Shown: positions 11,731-24,540 of the stretch, piece by piece
Layout: each line of letters opens with the position of its first letter
Numbering within the stretch: position 1 is the first letter of the stretch
From: Eledone cirrhosa
Taxonomy: Eukaryota
Direction: 5' to 3'
Assembly (NCBI GenBank): GCA_964016885.1
Contig: OZ024741.1
Coordinates: 315,270,001-315,334,000, forward strand
Length of the DNA stretch: 64,000 bases
Made by a program: the position numbers and the translations under genes
The notes under the pieces: model-generated
What the model was told of the DNA's origin: nothing
Databases searched by the model: none
The model's input: the letters and a program-made list of their open reading frames with translations, nothing else

Positions 11731-13415
11731 CACGCTAAAATCACCGGGGGTGATGTAACCATACATTCACCAATCCTCGATATGAGTGTTTAAATGTCGA
11801 ATAACGGTGAAAAAGATACTGGAATGTCATCATGTGAAAGACTCTCACCCAGCAAGTGCTAGCTGGGCCAGCAGCAGGGACCTGGCTGTCATCCAAGTGC
11901 TGCTGGTGTTGGAGGAAGAAGAAGAAGGAAAGGGACAATAACCAACTGGACGAAAGAATTAAATAGAACTGTCATGAAATGTTACCTGAAGAGTAACCCC
12001 ATGGAAAAAGGCTATAGGAAAGGGATGCATATCATCTGGAACAAGATTGGTCTATTTAAATTAGATGAACAAAAATTGGCCGGGCAGGCTCGGGTAATAA
12101 GAACTAATGGGGGGATAAGCGAGATGAAACTGAGCAGAGAGATTAAGTTGGAAATGGAGAGTGGAGTATGTCAGGTAAACGAGCCAGTGGGAAATGAAGG
12201 TGAAGAGGTTGAGAGAACGGAGGAACCATCCGAAGCAGACAATAAATAATACCTGGAACAAAGATACGGCCATTGAGGAAATGAATGCTGACGGGCTAGG
12301 ACAAGATTTGGTTGATATCCTAAACTTAGTGGTAGATGAAATGAACAATGATAGTGGGAAACCTATGAACCTAAGATTTGTAGACAGGAAAAAGTTAAAA
12401 GAAACAACAGCTAAGGTAAACAAAGTCATCCCATACCTTGAGGCGAGGAACCTTCACCAGTGCAACAATATCCTCAAAGCAAAGGCAAATGCGGGGAGGA
12501 AATTACTTGGCATAAAAACGAGAGGAAACAACAAACAAGAAAGATCAGAACCGTGGTGGAAGAAACGACTGAATGGTCAAATCAGGGAAATGAAAAAAGA
12601 CATTGGAAAGCTTGAATCCTTACTGAATGGAACATTATAAAACATAGACACTAAAGATAGATTGGAAATAAAGTATAAAACTAAGGGGGAAAAGCTAAAT
12701 ATTATCATAGAGGAACTGAAGCAACGTATTGTAGCAAAAAGTGCAAAAATTAGGCGATATGAGACCAGAGTCAGTCAGTATAGACAGAACCGCATGTTTG
12801 ACAACAACCAGAAGATGTTGTTTGGACAGCTTGAAGGGAAAGAAAGAGGCAACGACTTGATCCCTGAGGCGGAACAGACTAGGCCATTCTGTAGAGGAAT
12901 ATGGGAGCAGGATGTTGAACATAATAGTCAGTCAGTGTGGATTGAGACAGTTGAAAAGGAGATTAGTGAACAAGCACACCAACAACCTGATTTGAGTATC
13001 ACAGTTGAAACTCTTAAAGGGACAGGCCAAAAAACTAACCAACTGAAAGATTGTGCCTGATTGTAGATGTAGCCTGCCCATTTGACACGAGAGTGAAAGA
13101 AAAGGAGAGGGAGAAAGTTAACCGATACCAGGACTTAAAGTGGGAGTTAAAAAGGATTTGGAACAGAGTCGTCCCGATTGTTATAGGCGCACTAGGTACT
13201 ATCTCAAAGAGTTTCCAAGGATGGTTAAAGAAGATTAGTCTAGCCTCGCTTTTTGGAACACTTCAAAAGGCATGCTTGCTGGGAACAGCAAGAACCCTCC
13301 GATACGTCCTAAATATCTGAGGCTGCAGGTAGCGGCTTGATATTCATTTCAACAAACTTTCCAGTTAAATAACATCAATGACTGAGACTCAAAGAACAAT
13401 AATAATAATAATAAT
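11731..13415 (+). mobile_element. R4/Dong element with both termini but lacking RT and CCHC (internal deletion or composite)
   Basis: 5' UTR and N-terminal ORFs run 11974-13050, then jump at about 13046-13051 to DVACPFD...LRYVLNI*, the 3' UTR and (AAT)n at 13395-13415. Confidence 0.9.
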
Positions 13416-14135
13416 TGTTTCTTTATTTGCCACAAGGGCTAACATGAAGAAAAACATTACAGGCGGCACAGAACGGTAGAGGACGATAGAGGACGATACA
13501 AAGTGGGTTTTGTCCGTGTAAAAAACGCTATAACAAGATAGAAATAGAAAAAAAAAATCAAAAAACAAAACATTCCCAATAAGGTGTAAATTTCGAGGAT
13601 CATTCGTGGCGAAAACCACACAAAAGACCACCAGGGCAGGCGCCCTCTCTCAGTTTTCCCACTCCTCAGTCTACAGGCGCATACTCAGATTCGCCACTTT
13701 CACCCACCTTTCAACAAACTTACTAGAAGACAGCACTTGCCTCTCCACCTTCATTTTCCTCTTCAAGTGAAGCATGAAAAAGTTAATCAGGGATTGGCCG
13801 GAGAGGAAAGTGTCCGTCTTCAACCCTTTCAACCTTGTCCACCACACAATCAGAAATTCTCGGACACTGAACGATTGCGTGCAGGACGGTTTCGTCACGC
13901 AGCGCGCATCTCGGAAAGGCCCGGCTGAAAGAACTTCCGTGCTTGTAGAGCTTATCCCGGACCGGCAACGCTCCCCGGTAGCACTGCCAGGCCAGGGATT
14001 TTTGGAAGTTGTCCATAGGCCCCGGGCTGAAAGTTCTTTCGACGAGAGCGAATAGTTGATCGCCTTTGACGCCCAGGGTCTCCCCGTGAGCGTCGTCGCT
14101 CTTTCCCTCCACTGGCCCTGTATAGAACGCCAATC
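13416..14135 (-). mobile_element. Tx1-type L1, 5'-truncated 3' fragment with small internal deletions
   Basis: PGPMDNFQKSLAWQCYRGALPVRDKL...; the 3' end reads GCCCTTGTGGCAAATAAAGAAACA-(ATT)n. Confidence 0.88.
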
Positions 14136-14142
14136 CTAGTGC

Positions 14143-17100
14143 CTTCTTTATTAACCACAAGGGTTTACACAAAGTCAGACATTAAGGACAATACGGGACA
14201 ATACAGGACAATGGGCATTTCTGCCTGTAAATAACAAAAGCAGATGTAACATAAAAGAAACAATGAACAATTCCACAATAGGGGAGAGACTTCCGAGGGA
14301 CATTCGTGGAGAGAGCCCATTAAAAACGCCACGGTGACCCTGACCACCAGAGCAAGTGCCCTCTCCCAGTTTTCCACCTTCAATTTACAGGCACATACTC
14401 AGAGTAGGCCTATTCATTCGGGCCATTCTTGCCTCTCTCACCCATCTTTCAACAAAATGCTGGGAAGAGAGCACTTCCCTCTCTACCCAGATTTTCCTTT
14501 TCAAATGAAATTTGAAAAAGTTAATCAGGGCATCACCGAATAGTTACGTGCTCGTCTTCATCCCTTTCAAACGCCTCCATCATGCTGTCTCTTTTGCCAT
14601 GGCCACCAGACAGATAAAAACTGCCTGCTGTTCCCAGCTAAAGGAAGAGGGCGCGGCAATCCTCACAATGGACCCAGCTAATAGCCGTCCTACACGCGAC
14701 ATCAGGTGTTCGACATAATGCCACAAGTCAACAATGCTCGGTCACTGGACGAGTGCGAGCAGGACGGTTTCGTTGCCCTGCGCGCATCTCGGACATGCCC
14801 AGCTTACGGCACTACCATACCTGTAGAGCTTATCTCGAACTGGCAAAGCTCCTCGGTAGCACTACCCTGCCAGGGTTTTCTGGAATTTGTCCATAGGCCT
14901 CGGCCCGAAATATCTTCCGAACAGATTAGCTAGTTGATTTTCGTCGACGCCTAGATTTTCCCGAAGTACGTCGTCGTTCTTCCCCTCCACTAATCCTCTA
15001 TAGAAGGCCAAGGTGGAGTTTCCACCGATCACATTTCCCGATTGGTCGAGGGCTGGGATCGCCTGAAGACATTCCAGTCTCGAAGCGCTCCCTCTCAGTC
15101 TTCGCTTGACCCAGGACTGCAGCTCCGTCAAGGAGACGAGCTGGGGAAAGACGCGTCTAGCAACGGCGACCACACCTGATCACCGTCGGTGGAAGAGGTG
15201 GAGATGTCGTAACCTGAGCACGTGTCTGCCCATCATCAGCCACGGAATGTCCAGCCCTCCACGTAGGGGGTGTTGACAGCAGATGGACCGCCTGACCATC
15301 GGAACGCCTCCCTTCCACAAAAAGCAAAAGAGCAAAAGCTCCAACGCAGTCAGACCTGGCTTTGGACAAGGCACAACGGTCAGGCGGTAGTAGATGACGA
15401 ACGCGATGTACGCATTCGCCAACTCCACTCGACCTTTCAATAATAGCTTCCTCTCTGCCCAATTCAGGGTGAGAGAAGCCACCTTGCTCATCACCTCGTC
15501 CCATTTTTTATCCGTCTGGAGGTCAGGACCGAACCAGACCCCTAGCAATTTAACCGGTCCGTCCGTCCAGCAACCGACGACGCCGTTGGACAGCATGGAC
15601 CTGCCTCACCAGGTGCCGAGCTGCAAGCCGACCGACTATTCCTGGTTGATCATTGCTCCTGTCACCGCCTCGTATTCTCTTAGTGTAGTGCCGATTGCCA
15701 CGATGTGTTTGGCGTTCGACACCACTACGGTGACATCGTCCGCATATGCTGACACGGATCTTTCCGCATCCTAGTTCGCGTGTGGACCCCCTCAACGTCT
15801 CCAGTTTGTGCAGTAATGGCTCGAGAGTCAAAACGTACAACAGGGACGAGAGGGGACCGTTCTCTCTCAACACAGAGCAGATGTCGCTGTGCATGCAGCG
15901 ATCCAGCCTCTGAAGACGGGCTCAAAGCCAGCCGCCCAGAGGACTGCCGCCAGATAACGATGGTCGACCCTATCGAAAGCTTTCGACTGATCTAAATTGA
16001 TCAAGGACCCAACCGTGCCAGGTTCCCTAGCTACCCTCTCGACGATGTATCACATGAGGTGGAGGTTGTCGTGGATGGACCTGTCTGGAATGGCTCATGT
16101 ATACGCCTCTCCCACCAGACCACCAACGACAAGCGCCGACCTCTTTGCTAGCACCTTGGCCAAAATCTTGAAGTCTGCGTTTTGCAAAGTTATGGGCCTG
16201 AAATTTTCTATGTTATCCCCCTTGTTCGGATCCTTTCTCAGCAGCACCACCGCTCCTCGGCTCACAGAGCTGTGCATTTTCCCATTCTGTTGCAACTGGC
16301 AACAGAATGGGATAATTATCGGCTTTTCGCAATACTCCGCCTCAGATGCCGAGAGCCGCGGCAGTCCGTCGAGGTAGGCACTAAAGACCATTCCGCGATG
16401 CGGCCCGCCGCTGTCCCCGAACAGCTGAGCGAAGTGTCGCTGAAAATCTTCACACATTTGCCCAGGATTGAGTAGCATGCGCTCGTCGTGGTCCACCAAA
16501 TCCCGGATCGTGGCTTTGTTGCCACGACGCGTCTGCGCCACTCGGGCCCATTGAACGGCTTTCGTCCCCTTCTGTCTGAGAGCACGCACCCTAGCTCTGA
16601 CAACGCAGCCTTCGTGCGTTGCATTGAAGAATTGGTCAAGGGCCAATTTCACCGCAAGTACGTCGGTCGCGATGCCTTTACTAAGCGGCTCGTCTAATTT
16701 TCTAACTAGTTCTCCCTCTGCTCTATTTTTCGCTATTGCTAAAGCCTTACTAAACCTAATGGATTCTATTCTAATCGCTCTTTTCAGTGCAAACCACCAT
16801 TTGTTGTTGACGATGGCCCCCGTCAACACTTGCTTAACTAGTTCGCTAATCCGGTCTCTGTAGGCCTTGCGCGCTGTTAAAGACGCGTTTAGCTTCCAGT
16901 AGCCGAGTCCCTGTCTATGAAGCTTATCGAAGTCAACCACACATATCACGATTTATGGTCCGTGTAGTCAACTTTCTTGAATTGTGGACAGCCTATGCTA
17001 GACCTATCTATATCCCTACAAAATACTCTAACTAGATATGATCTGGGTGACCCGGTGTGGTTTGTCCATGTCCACATTGGCACATTCGGGAAATCCAGAC

Positions 17101-18616
17101 GGTACCTGTCAGACAGTTGAAACCGTCTGAGCAGTTTTGCGAGGCTTTTACACCCTCCTCCCCTAATCCCACACAGTCCCAGCGTGCATATAAGATCCCG
17201 TTCCAGTCGCCCACTAACACTAAAGAATGGAACGTTCCAAGAAAGGTCTCCAGACACCAGAAGAAATCAGGCCGCCCTGCTCCTGTCGGGGCATAGACGG
17301 CCACTAGCCTGAAAGCTTGCTCGTCTCCACTGGTCACGTCCAGCACCACCAACATACATTCTGGGTCCAGGAAGATGGCCCGTATGGCGAGATCCAAGCA
17401 TCTCCGAAAACGACTCACCTAGGCCTTCTACCCTCAACGATTAGGATGAGGTGGCTGCCGTCATTGAGGCCTATCACCTCTGGAATATCCTGTATGTTTT
17501 TTGGTTTGCTTGGATGAGGAGCTCCATCTCAGAACCGAACAAATTCTCCTGCTTTACTTTTGTTACCTCAATTATTTAGTGTTGGCCTCGATGTCGGCGA
17601 GGACGGTAGCCAGGGAATTCCAATGGCCGGCGGAACGTGGGGCACCCTGATCTTCACGAGTCTCTGAACACAATAGATTGGGACGAGTGTGAAGTCGTCG
17701 CTTCTTAATGCGGCCATGGAGTGCTCTCTGGTTTCTTGTGGGGTTTCAAAGAACAGTTCCACGGTTCCATATTTCTGCCCATGTCTGATGTGGGTTTTTT
17801 GCGCCCACACATGTCCCAAAGCTTTTTGTATCTGGGACTCGGATGCCCGTTCCACTCGATGTGATTTTGTGTTTATCGTCCGATATGACACGGTGCATAG
17901 GCGCCGATGTTCCATTTTATTCGATGGAGGGGGGGGGGCTGACCCTGTACACATCTTTTTTTACCCTTCGCTTGACTTCATTCAATTCATCCTGGTTTAC
18001 TTCGATTGTTTCGCTTTTCTTGGCTGATTTGGCACGACACATTTTATTTTACGCTGGTGTTGATGTTGTTGTTGCTGTTGTTATTGTTATTTTTGTTATT
18101 GTTATTTTTAGTTGCAGTTGTGGTGGTGGTGGTGGTGGTGTCAGTGCTGTTCGGCGTGGAAGAGTCGATTCTAGATGATCCATTTCGATGTCCCAAGATA
18201 ATAATTTATTTTTTCTTTCTGTTGTCGCTGTGGTGGTGGTGGTAGCATCAGTGGTGTTGGTTGTTCTTTTTGACATTGTGGTGGTGGTGGTGGCTTTAAC
18301 AACTGCAGTTATTGGTAATGGCGGGAAATCCATATCTGCATGTGACAAATTTAAATAATTGCCATTGCTATTACTTATATTTTCAGTGTTGGCAACCATA
18401 GCAAGGTTTACAATGGTGGTAGTTGTGGGAGATGTTAGGCTGTCAGCTTTGTATGGCTGAAAGCCGTCCATGTTTTTTTTTCAAAGAAACTTTAGTTTGA
18501 TAAATATAAAAGTTTAAATTTGGGGCTCAAGGCCCCAATATTATTGAGTGTCCTTTTCAGAAAGCAATGTATATGAACTTATAAACACTTAGCAACAAAA
18601 ACTTTCCATAACTGTC
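14143..18616 (-). mobile_element. Tx1-type L1, near full-length but degenerate (ORF1 type A, APE-RT-zfRVT ORF2)
   Basis: ORF1 pieces at 18049-18471 and 17568-17954 (HRRLCTVSYRT). APE motifs VYAP, VGDWN, YTDHK and WKLNAS. RT motifs NFRPITL..ADFKILAKVLAKR and AYADDVTV. zf-RVT present. The 5' end abuts (AAT)5 at 18617-18631. Confidence 0.9.
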
Positions 18617-21600
18617 AATAATAATAATAATGATTTCTTTATTAGCTAACATGAAGAAAAACATTACAAACGGCAAAGAACGGTACAGGATGATACAAAG
18701 TGAGTTTTGGCCGTGTAAAAAGGTTATAGCAAGAAGATAGAAATGTGTAAAAACATATTTTTAAAAAAATTCATCAAAAAGAGGGAATCCACCGAGGATC
18801 ACTCGTGGCGAAAACCACACAAAAGACCACGGCCACACACACCACTAGGGCAAGGGCCCTCTCTCAGTTTTCCCACTCCTCAGTCTACAGGCGCATACTC
18901 AGAGCGAGCCTGTTCACTCGCCACTTTCACCAACCTTTCAACAAACTTACTAGAAGACAGCACTTGCCTTTCCTCACTGATTTTCCACTTCAAGTGAAAC
19001 TTGAAGAAGTTAATCACGGATTGGTCGGAGAGGAAAGTGTCCGACTTCAACCCTTTCAACCTTGTCCACCACACAATCTCTTTCGCCATCGCCACCAGGC
19101 AGATGAAAACTGCCTGCCCTTCCTCCTCTTTAAGGAGGATGGCAGGACTATCTGCACAAAGGACTCAGTCGATAACCGGATCCATCCTACAGGCGACAGC
19201 AGCTGTTCGACATAGCTCCACAAGTCAGCAATTCTCGGACACTGAACGAGTGCGTGCAGGACGGTTTCGTCACGCAGCGCGCATCTCAGAAAGGCTCGGC
19301 TGAAAGAACTTCCGTGCTTGTAGAGCTTATCCCAAACCGGCAACGCTCTCCGGTAGCACTGCCAGGCCAGGGATTTTTGGAAGTTGTCCATAGGCCCCGG
19401 GCTGAAAGTTCTTTCGAAGAGAGCGAACAGCAGCTCGTCTTTGACGCCCAGGGTCTCCCCGAAAACGTCGTCACTTTTCCCATCCACTAGCCGTCTATAG
19501 AACGCCGATAGCAGTGCCCAGCTGTTAGATGGCGTTGAGCGCTTGGAGACATTCCAGCTTCCAGGACTGCAGCTCCGCCAAGGAGACGAGCTGCGGAAAA
19601 GCGCCTCTCGCAAACAGCGACCATACGTGTTCACCGTCAAGGAAGCACCAGAGATGTCGCAGCCTCAGCGCATGTTTGCGCATCACCAGCCAGGGCATGC
19701 TCAGTCCTCCACAAAAAGCGGAAGAGAAGGCGCTCCATTTTGGCCAGAGTTTATGGGGGGGGGCAAGGTACGACGGTTAGGCTGTAGCAGATGACGGACG
19801 CGATGTACGCATTCGCCACCTCCGCCGGACATTTCAGAGACAGCCTCGTCTCAGCCCATTTCTCGGTGACAGAGGTTGCCCTGCTCGTCCCATCGTTCCA
19901 GTTTTTCTCCATCTGGAGGTCCAGACATTACCAGACCCCGAGCAATTTAACCGGTTCTTCCGTCCAGCGCCTCACGACGCTGTCGGGCGGCATGGACTTG
20001 CCTCTCCAGGTGCAGAGTTTCAAGCCCACCGACTTTTCCTGATTTATCTTTGCTCCTGTCATCGCTTCGTATTGAGAGTAGTTCCGAGCATCTGGACGTG
20101 TTTAGTGCTCGACACCACCACGGTGACGTCGTATACGTAAGCCGACACAGATCTCCCGCATTCCAGTTTGCGAGGGACCCCCCTTCTTCGTCTCCAATTT
20201 GTGTAGTAATGGTTCTAGGGCCAATACGTACAAGAGAGACGAGAGGGGACAACCTGGGCGGACCGAGCCCATAATTCTGTACGACTGTGACAGATGACGG
20301 TTCACCCTTACAACTGAGCAGATGTCGCTGTGAATAGCAACGATCCAGCCCCTAAAATCGGGCCCGAAACCAGCGGCCTCGAGAACCGCCGATAGGTACC
20401 GATGGTCGACCCTATCAAATGCTTTAGATTGATCCAAGCTGATCAGGGCCCCACCCGTGTCGGTTCCTTAACCACCCTCTCTATGATTTTTCGCAAGAGG
20501 AGGCGGTTGTCGTGGATGATCTGTTTGGAATGGTGCCTGTCTGCGCCTCCCCCACCAGATCACTGACGAAAAGTGTCAATCTCTTTCATATAACCTTGGA
20601 CAAAATCTTGAAATCTCCGTTTAACTAGGTTATGGGCCTGAAGTTTTCTATAATGTCCCCTTGTTCGGTCTTTTCTCAACAACGCCACCGCTCCCCGCCT
20701 CAGAAAACTGAGGAAGCTCACGTTCTGTTGCCAGTTGCAGTATACATCTGTGAAGAAGTCGCATAAAGCTCGTAGGGCAGACCATCCTAACCTGGCGATT
20801 TACACCTCGTGCAATCAGACAACATTTCCCGTATTTCACCTGCTGTTATCAGCTTTTTGTAATACTGCGCTGCGGTCGTCGAGAGCTGCAGCAGTCCCTC
20901 GAGGTATGCACAGAAGTTCATACCCCGATCCGGTCCGCCGCCGCTCCCAAATGTTTGAACAAAGAGCTGCTGAAAAGCCTCACACATCTGCTCGGGTTCG
21001 AGTAACATTCGCCCGTTTTGATCACTCAAAGATTGAATTGTTGCTTTGTTGTCACGTCGCGCCTCCACCACCTGGGCCCATTGGACGGCTTTTGTCCCCT
21101 CTTGTCTCAGAGCACGCGCTCTAGCTCTGACAACGCAGCCTACGTACTTTGCGTTGAAGAATAAGTCGAGTGCCAATCTCGCCGCAAGCACGTCGGTTGC
21201 GATGCCTGTCCTAAACGCCCCTTCTAGCTTTCAAACTAGCTCTCCCTCTACTCTCTTTTTCTCTATCACTGCTCCTTTGCTAAACCTTATCGATTCTACT
21301 CTAATCGCCCTTTTCAGGGTAAACCACCACCTATTGTTGACGATTGCACCCGTCAACGCACGCTTAACGAATCGTATCCGCTCTATGTAAGCTTTGCGCG
21401 ACGGGAAAGAGGCGTTCAGCTTCCAGTGACCGGGACCTTGCTTATGAAGTCTATCTAAGTCGACTTGACAGATCACAAATTTGTGGTCCTTGTAGTCGAC
21501 TACTTTAAAGTGGGACAACCTACGCTAGCCTTATCTGTTTCCCTATCTAGAAATGATCTGGATGACCCGATGCGGTTTGCCATATCCACAATGACATAAT

Positions 21601-24342
21601 CCAGTCGATACCTGTGAAACAGTTGAAAACGTCTGAGCAGGTTGGTGAGGCTTTTACATCCTCCTCCCTTATTTACTAGCCCCACATAATCCCAGCGTGC
21701 ATCTAAGATACCGTTCTAACCCCCCACTAATACTAAAGAGCGAGACATTCCCTGAAAGGTCTCTAGACGAAGGGAAATCTGGCCGTCCTGCCCCTGTCGG
21801 GGCGTAGACGGCTACTAGCCTGACAGCATTGCCTTGACTGCCGGTCACGTCGTCCATCGTCACCGACTTACCTTCTGGGTCCAGGAAGATGACCCGTATG
21901 GCGAGATCCAAGCCTCTCCGGAAAAGCACAGCAACTCTTCCCCCTTCTCCCGGACGGCTGGGAGATGCGTATACAACGTAGCCGCAGAAGATTGGGGCAA
22001 AATCTCGTGCTTCGGAAATTCTGGTATCACTGATGGCCCCCACATCTATGTTTAGTGACCTGAGATCGGTAAGCAGGTGGCCTTGCTTCCAAGATGACCC
22101 AAGGCCACGTACATTTATACTGCCTATTCTAAGTAGGGCCATGTTGGGTGAGGAATGGAGTAAGTGAGAAAGGATCACCTACCCTGATCGTATGGGAAAG
22201 GGACAGTCGAACCTTCCCTTTCGCTGGTCATGGGTGTCTCCAAGATAATGTCGGTGTATATCCTCTTGGTAACCGACACTCTGAAGTCTCCAACTGCGTT
22301 GGGGAATTTTTCTTTTCAATGTTTATAATGTTCTATTTTAATTTCAATAAAGTTTATATTTGTTGGTAATGTTCTTGGTGTTGGTGGGGTGTAGTAATTT
22401 TTGTCTGTGTGCTGCTTTATATGTTCTAAGAGTTCGTTAATATGCCATATTTATGGCTGTGTAATGTTTGAGGTGGGGGGTTGGTTTTGTTGCTGTTTTC
22501 TTGTTGCTGCTGTTGGGTTTGCCATGTTGGTGTTTGTGGTGATGCTAATGGTGGTGTGGTTGTTGTTGGTGGTGATGCTTGTGGTGGTGATGGTGATGGT
22601 GGTGATGTTGCTGCGAGTCACCTGGCAGCCTTTACTCCTCTTTGTTTGCAGTCGCTTTTGGAGGGCGAATCTAAGGAGTTCTTTCTTTTTTGTTTTTCGT
22701 GGCAGACCTTTTGCCACTTTACTCCCGACTCACACTCCATGTCGGATTTCGTGGCGTCTGGGAGGGGTATGTGCTCCACAGCTGTTAGTGGTGGAAGTAT
22801 AGCCCTCTCCAGCTATTTTGTTGCTGGTGCAGCTACTGCATATGAAGCTACAGGTGTTGCCGCCACTGCTAGTCGTCCGTGGCCTTGGTATGGGTGCCAT
22901 GGACGTTGCCCTCATACTCACCCAGAAGTGTCTGCTGCCACTGTTGCCTGCCCTGCTCTTGGTAGCAGCGGAAGGAGGGGTGCCTTCTTCTTCGCTCTCT
23001 TCTGCGGGTAAAAGTCCTTGAGGTGACCCTTTAACTCACAGAGATAGCAGTTTGGGCACCTTCCTTCCACGCTTATAGGGACTTTTCGACTCCTCCTTCG
23101 AGGTCTATGATATCCGGGATAACCTCGATACACTCCTGGTCAGTTTGTATTTGCATTTGCATGCCTATACCTGACCAGTTCTCTCTCCCTATTCTCTGTA
23201 CTTGCAGCATGGTCACCCTGTCCTCGATTCCAGCAAGGACAGACGCGGCCAGCCAAGGTATGGGCAAGTCGGGCGGGACCTGGGTCACTTTGACCCGCAC
23301 AATTTCATGCTCGCATTATGAGGGCACCAAGACTATCTCCTCACTTTGGGTTACCAAAACGTGAGACTTCGCCTCTTGGGGGAGGCAAAATGTACGTCTA
23401 CTGTAGCATACTTTTTGCACCCCAAGGCCTTTTAGATTTTAGCCTCCGTGGTTATCTCCACCCGATGTGAGATTTTGCTTACAGTGCGGTAAGTCACCGT
23501 CCGTAGCTGCTGGTCCTTGAGAACATCGGGTGGAGATTTCAGGGAGACTCTATTGTCATTTCTCGTCACCATGGCCCTTGCGACTGCCATCTCCCCCCAC
23601 CTCCTGTGACTAGCACTGTTTCGATATTTCGGGCCACACCTGCGAAAGAAGTGGCCCCTTTTTCAGCGGTACCATTATTGCTGTTGCTACTGCTGCTACT
23701 GGTCTTGTTGTTGATGCTGAGATCGTTGTTACTGGTATGGATGTCATTATTGTTGTTTTCCTTGATACTGTTGCTGCTGCTATTGTTGTTATTGATGTTG
23801 TTTTCGTTGATACTGTTGCTGCTGTTACTGTTGTTGTGGCTGTTGTTATTGTTGTTTTTGTTGATACTGTTCCCACATTTATTGTTGTGCATGTTGTTAT
23901 TGTCATTGTTATTGTCTTTCTCAACCATATCGCTGTTACTTTTGTTGTTGCTGTTATTATTGGTGGTGTTGTTGTAGGTGTTATTGTTGGTGTTGTTTGT
24001 GTTAGTACTATCTGGTATTTTTAAATCTAAAACAATATCATTAAAAATGATATTGTTTCTCTTTTCTTTCGTAATATTTTCTTTTATATTCACCTTCGCT
24101 AGAACGCTGTCTTGTTGACATGTTGACAAAGTTCCCCTCTCTCTGTGTTGTCTGACAGCGCTCTCTCTCTCTCTTAGTGTTATCCATGTTTGAACGAATT
24201 TTATTTTCCAAGTAAATGTTACAGAATACACCACCCCATAAAGGGGTGTCGCATTATTTACGAGTGAACCCCCTGTATTAGGTGGGTCACTTCTTCTAAA
24301 CTCTTCAAGTTTAGGAACGGTTGAAATAGTTGTAGACGGCAC
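18617..24342 (-). mobile_element. Tx1-type L1, near full-length, degenerate (ORF1 type B with CCHC knuckle)
   Basis: Asn-rich ORF1 N-terminus (23566-24150) and CYLCELKGH knuckle (about 23020-23055). ORF2 starts MALLRIGSINVRGL at 22142. RT motifs DQSKAFDRVDH and RPGCPLSSLLY, then zf-RVT and an (ATT)n tail. Confidence 0.9.
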
Positions 24343-24540
24343 AATAATAATAATAATTGTTTCTACTTTTGGCACAAGGCCAGCAATTACCCAGTACATT
24401 ACTGGTACTTTATTTTATCGACCCCGTAAGGATGAAAGGCAAAGTTAACCTCGGCGGGATTTGAACTCAGAATGGCAAGGGCCGAAACACTATGCGTCAA
24501 AGCATGGCGTCCTACCCTCTACCGATACTGCCAATCCAAC
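24343..24540 (-). mobile_element. tRNA-derived SINE (family 1) with (ATT)n tail
   Basis: A-box-like TGGCAGTATCGG, B-box GAGTTCAAATCCC, central GCCTTTCATCCTTACGGGGTCGATAAAATAAAGTACCAG. (AAT)n on both sides. Six related copies in the window. Confidence 0.88.

Noticed and set aside
11731-11800. HDV-like ribozyme in the Dong 5' UTR
   Set aside because: Plausible from related RLE elements, but I could not build the nested double pseudoknot by eye. It needs an RNAMotif/Infernal search.
23606-24024. Poly-Leu/Val ORFs resembling membrane proteins (also 22401-22802, 55944-56348)
   Set aside because: They are antisense readings of the (CAA)n-rich Tx1 ORF1 region.
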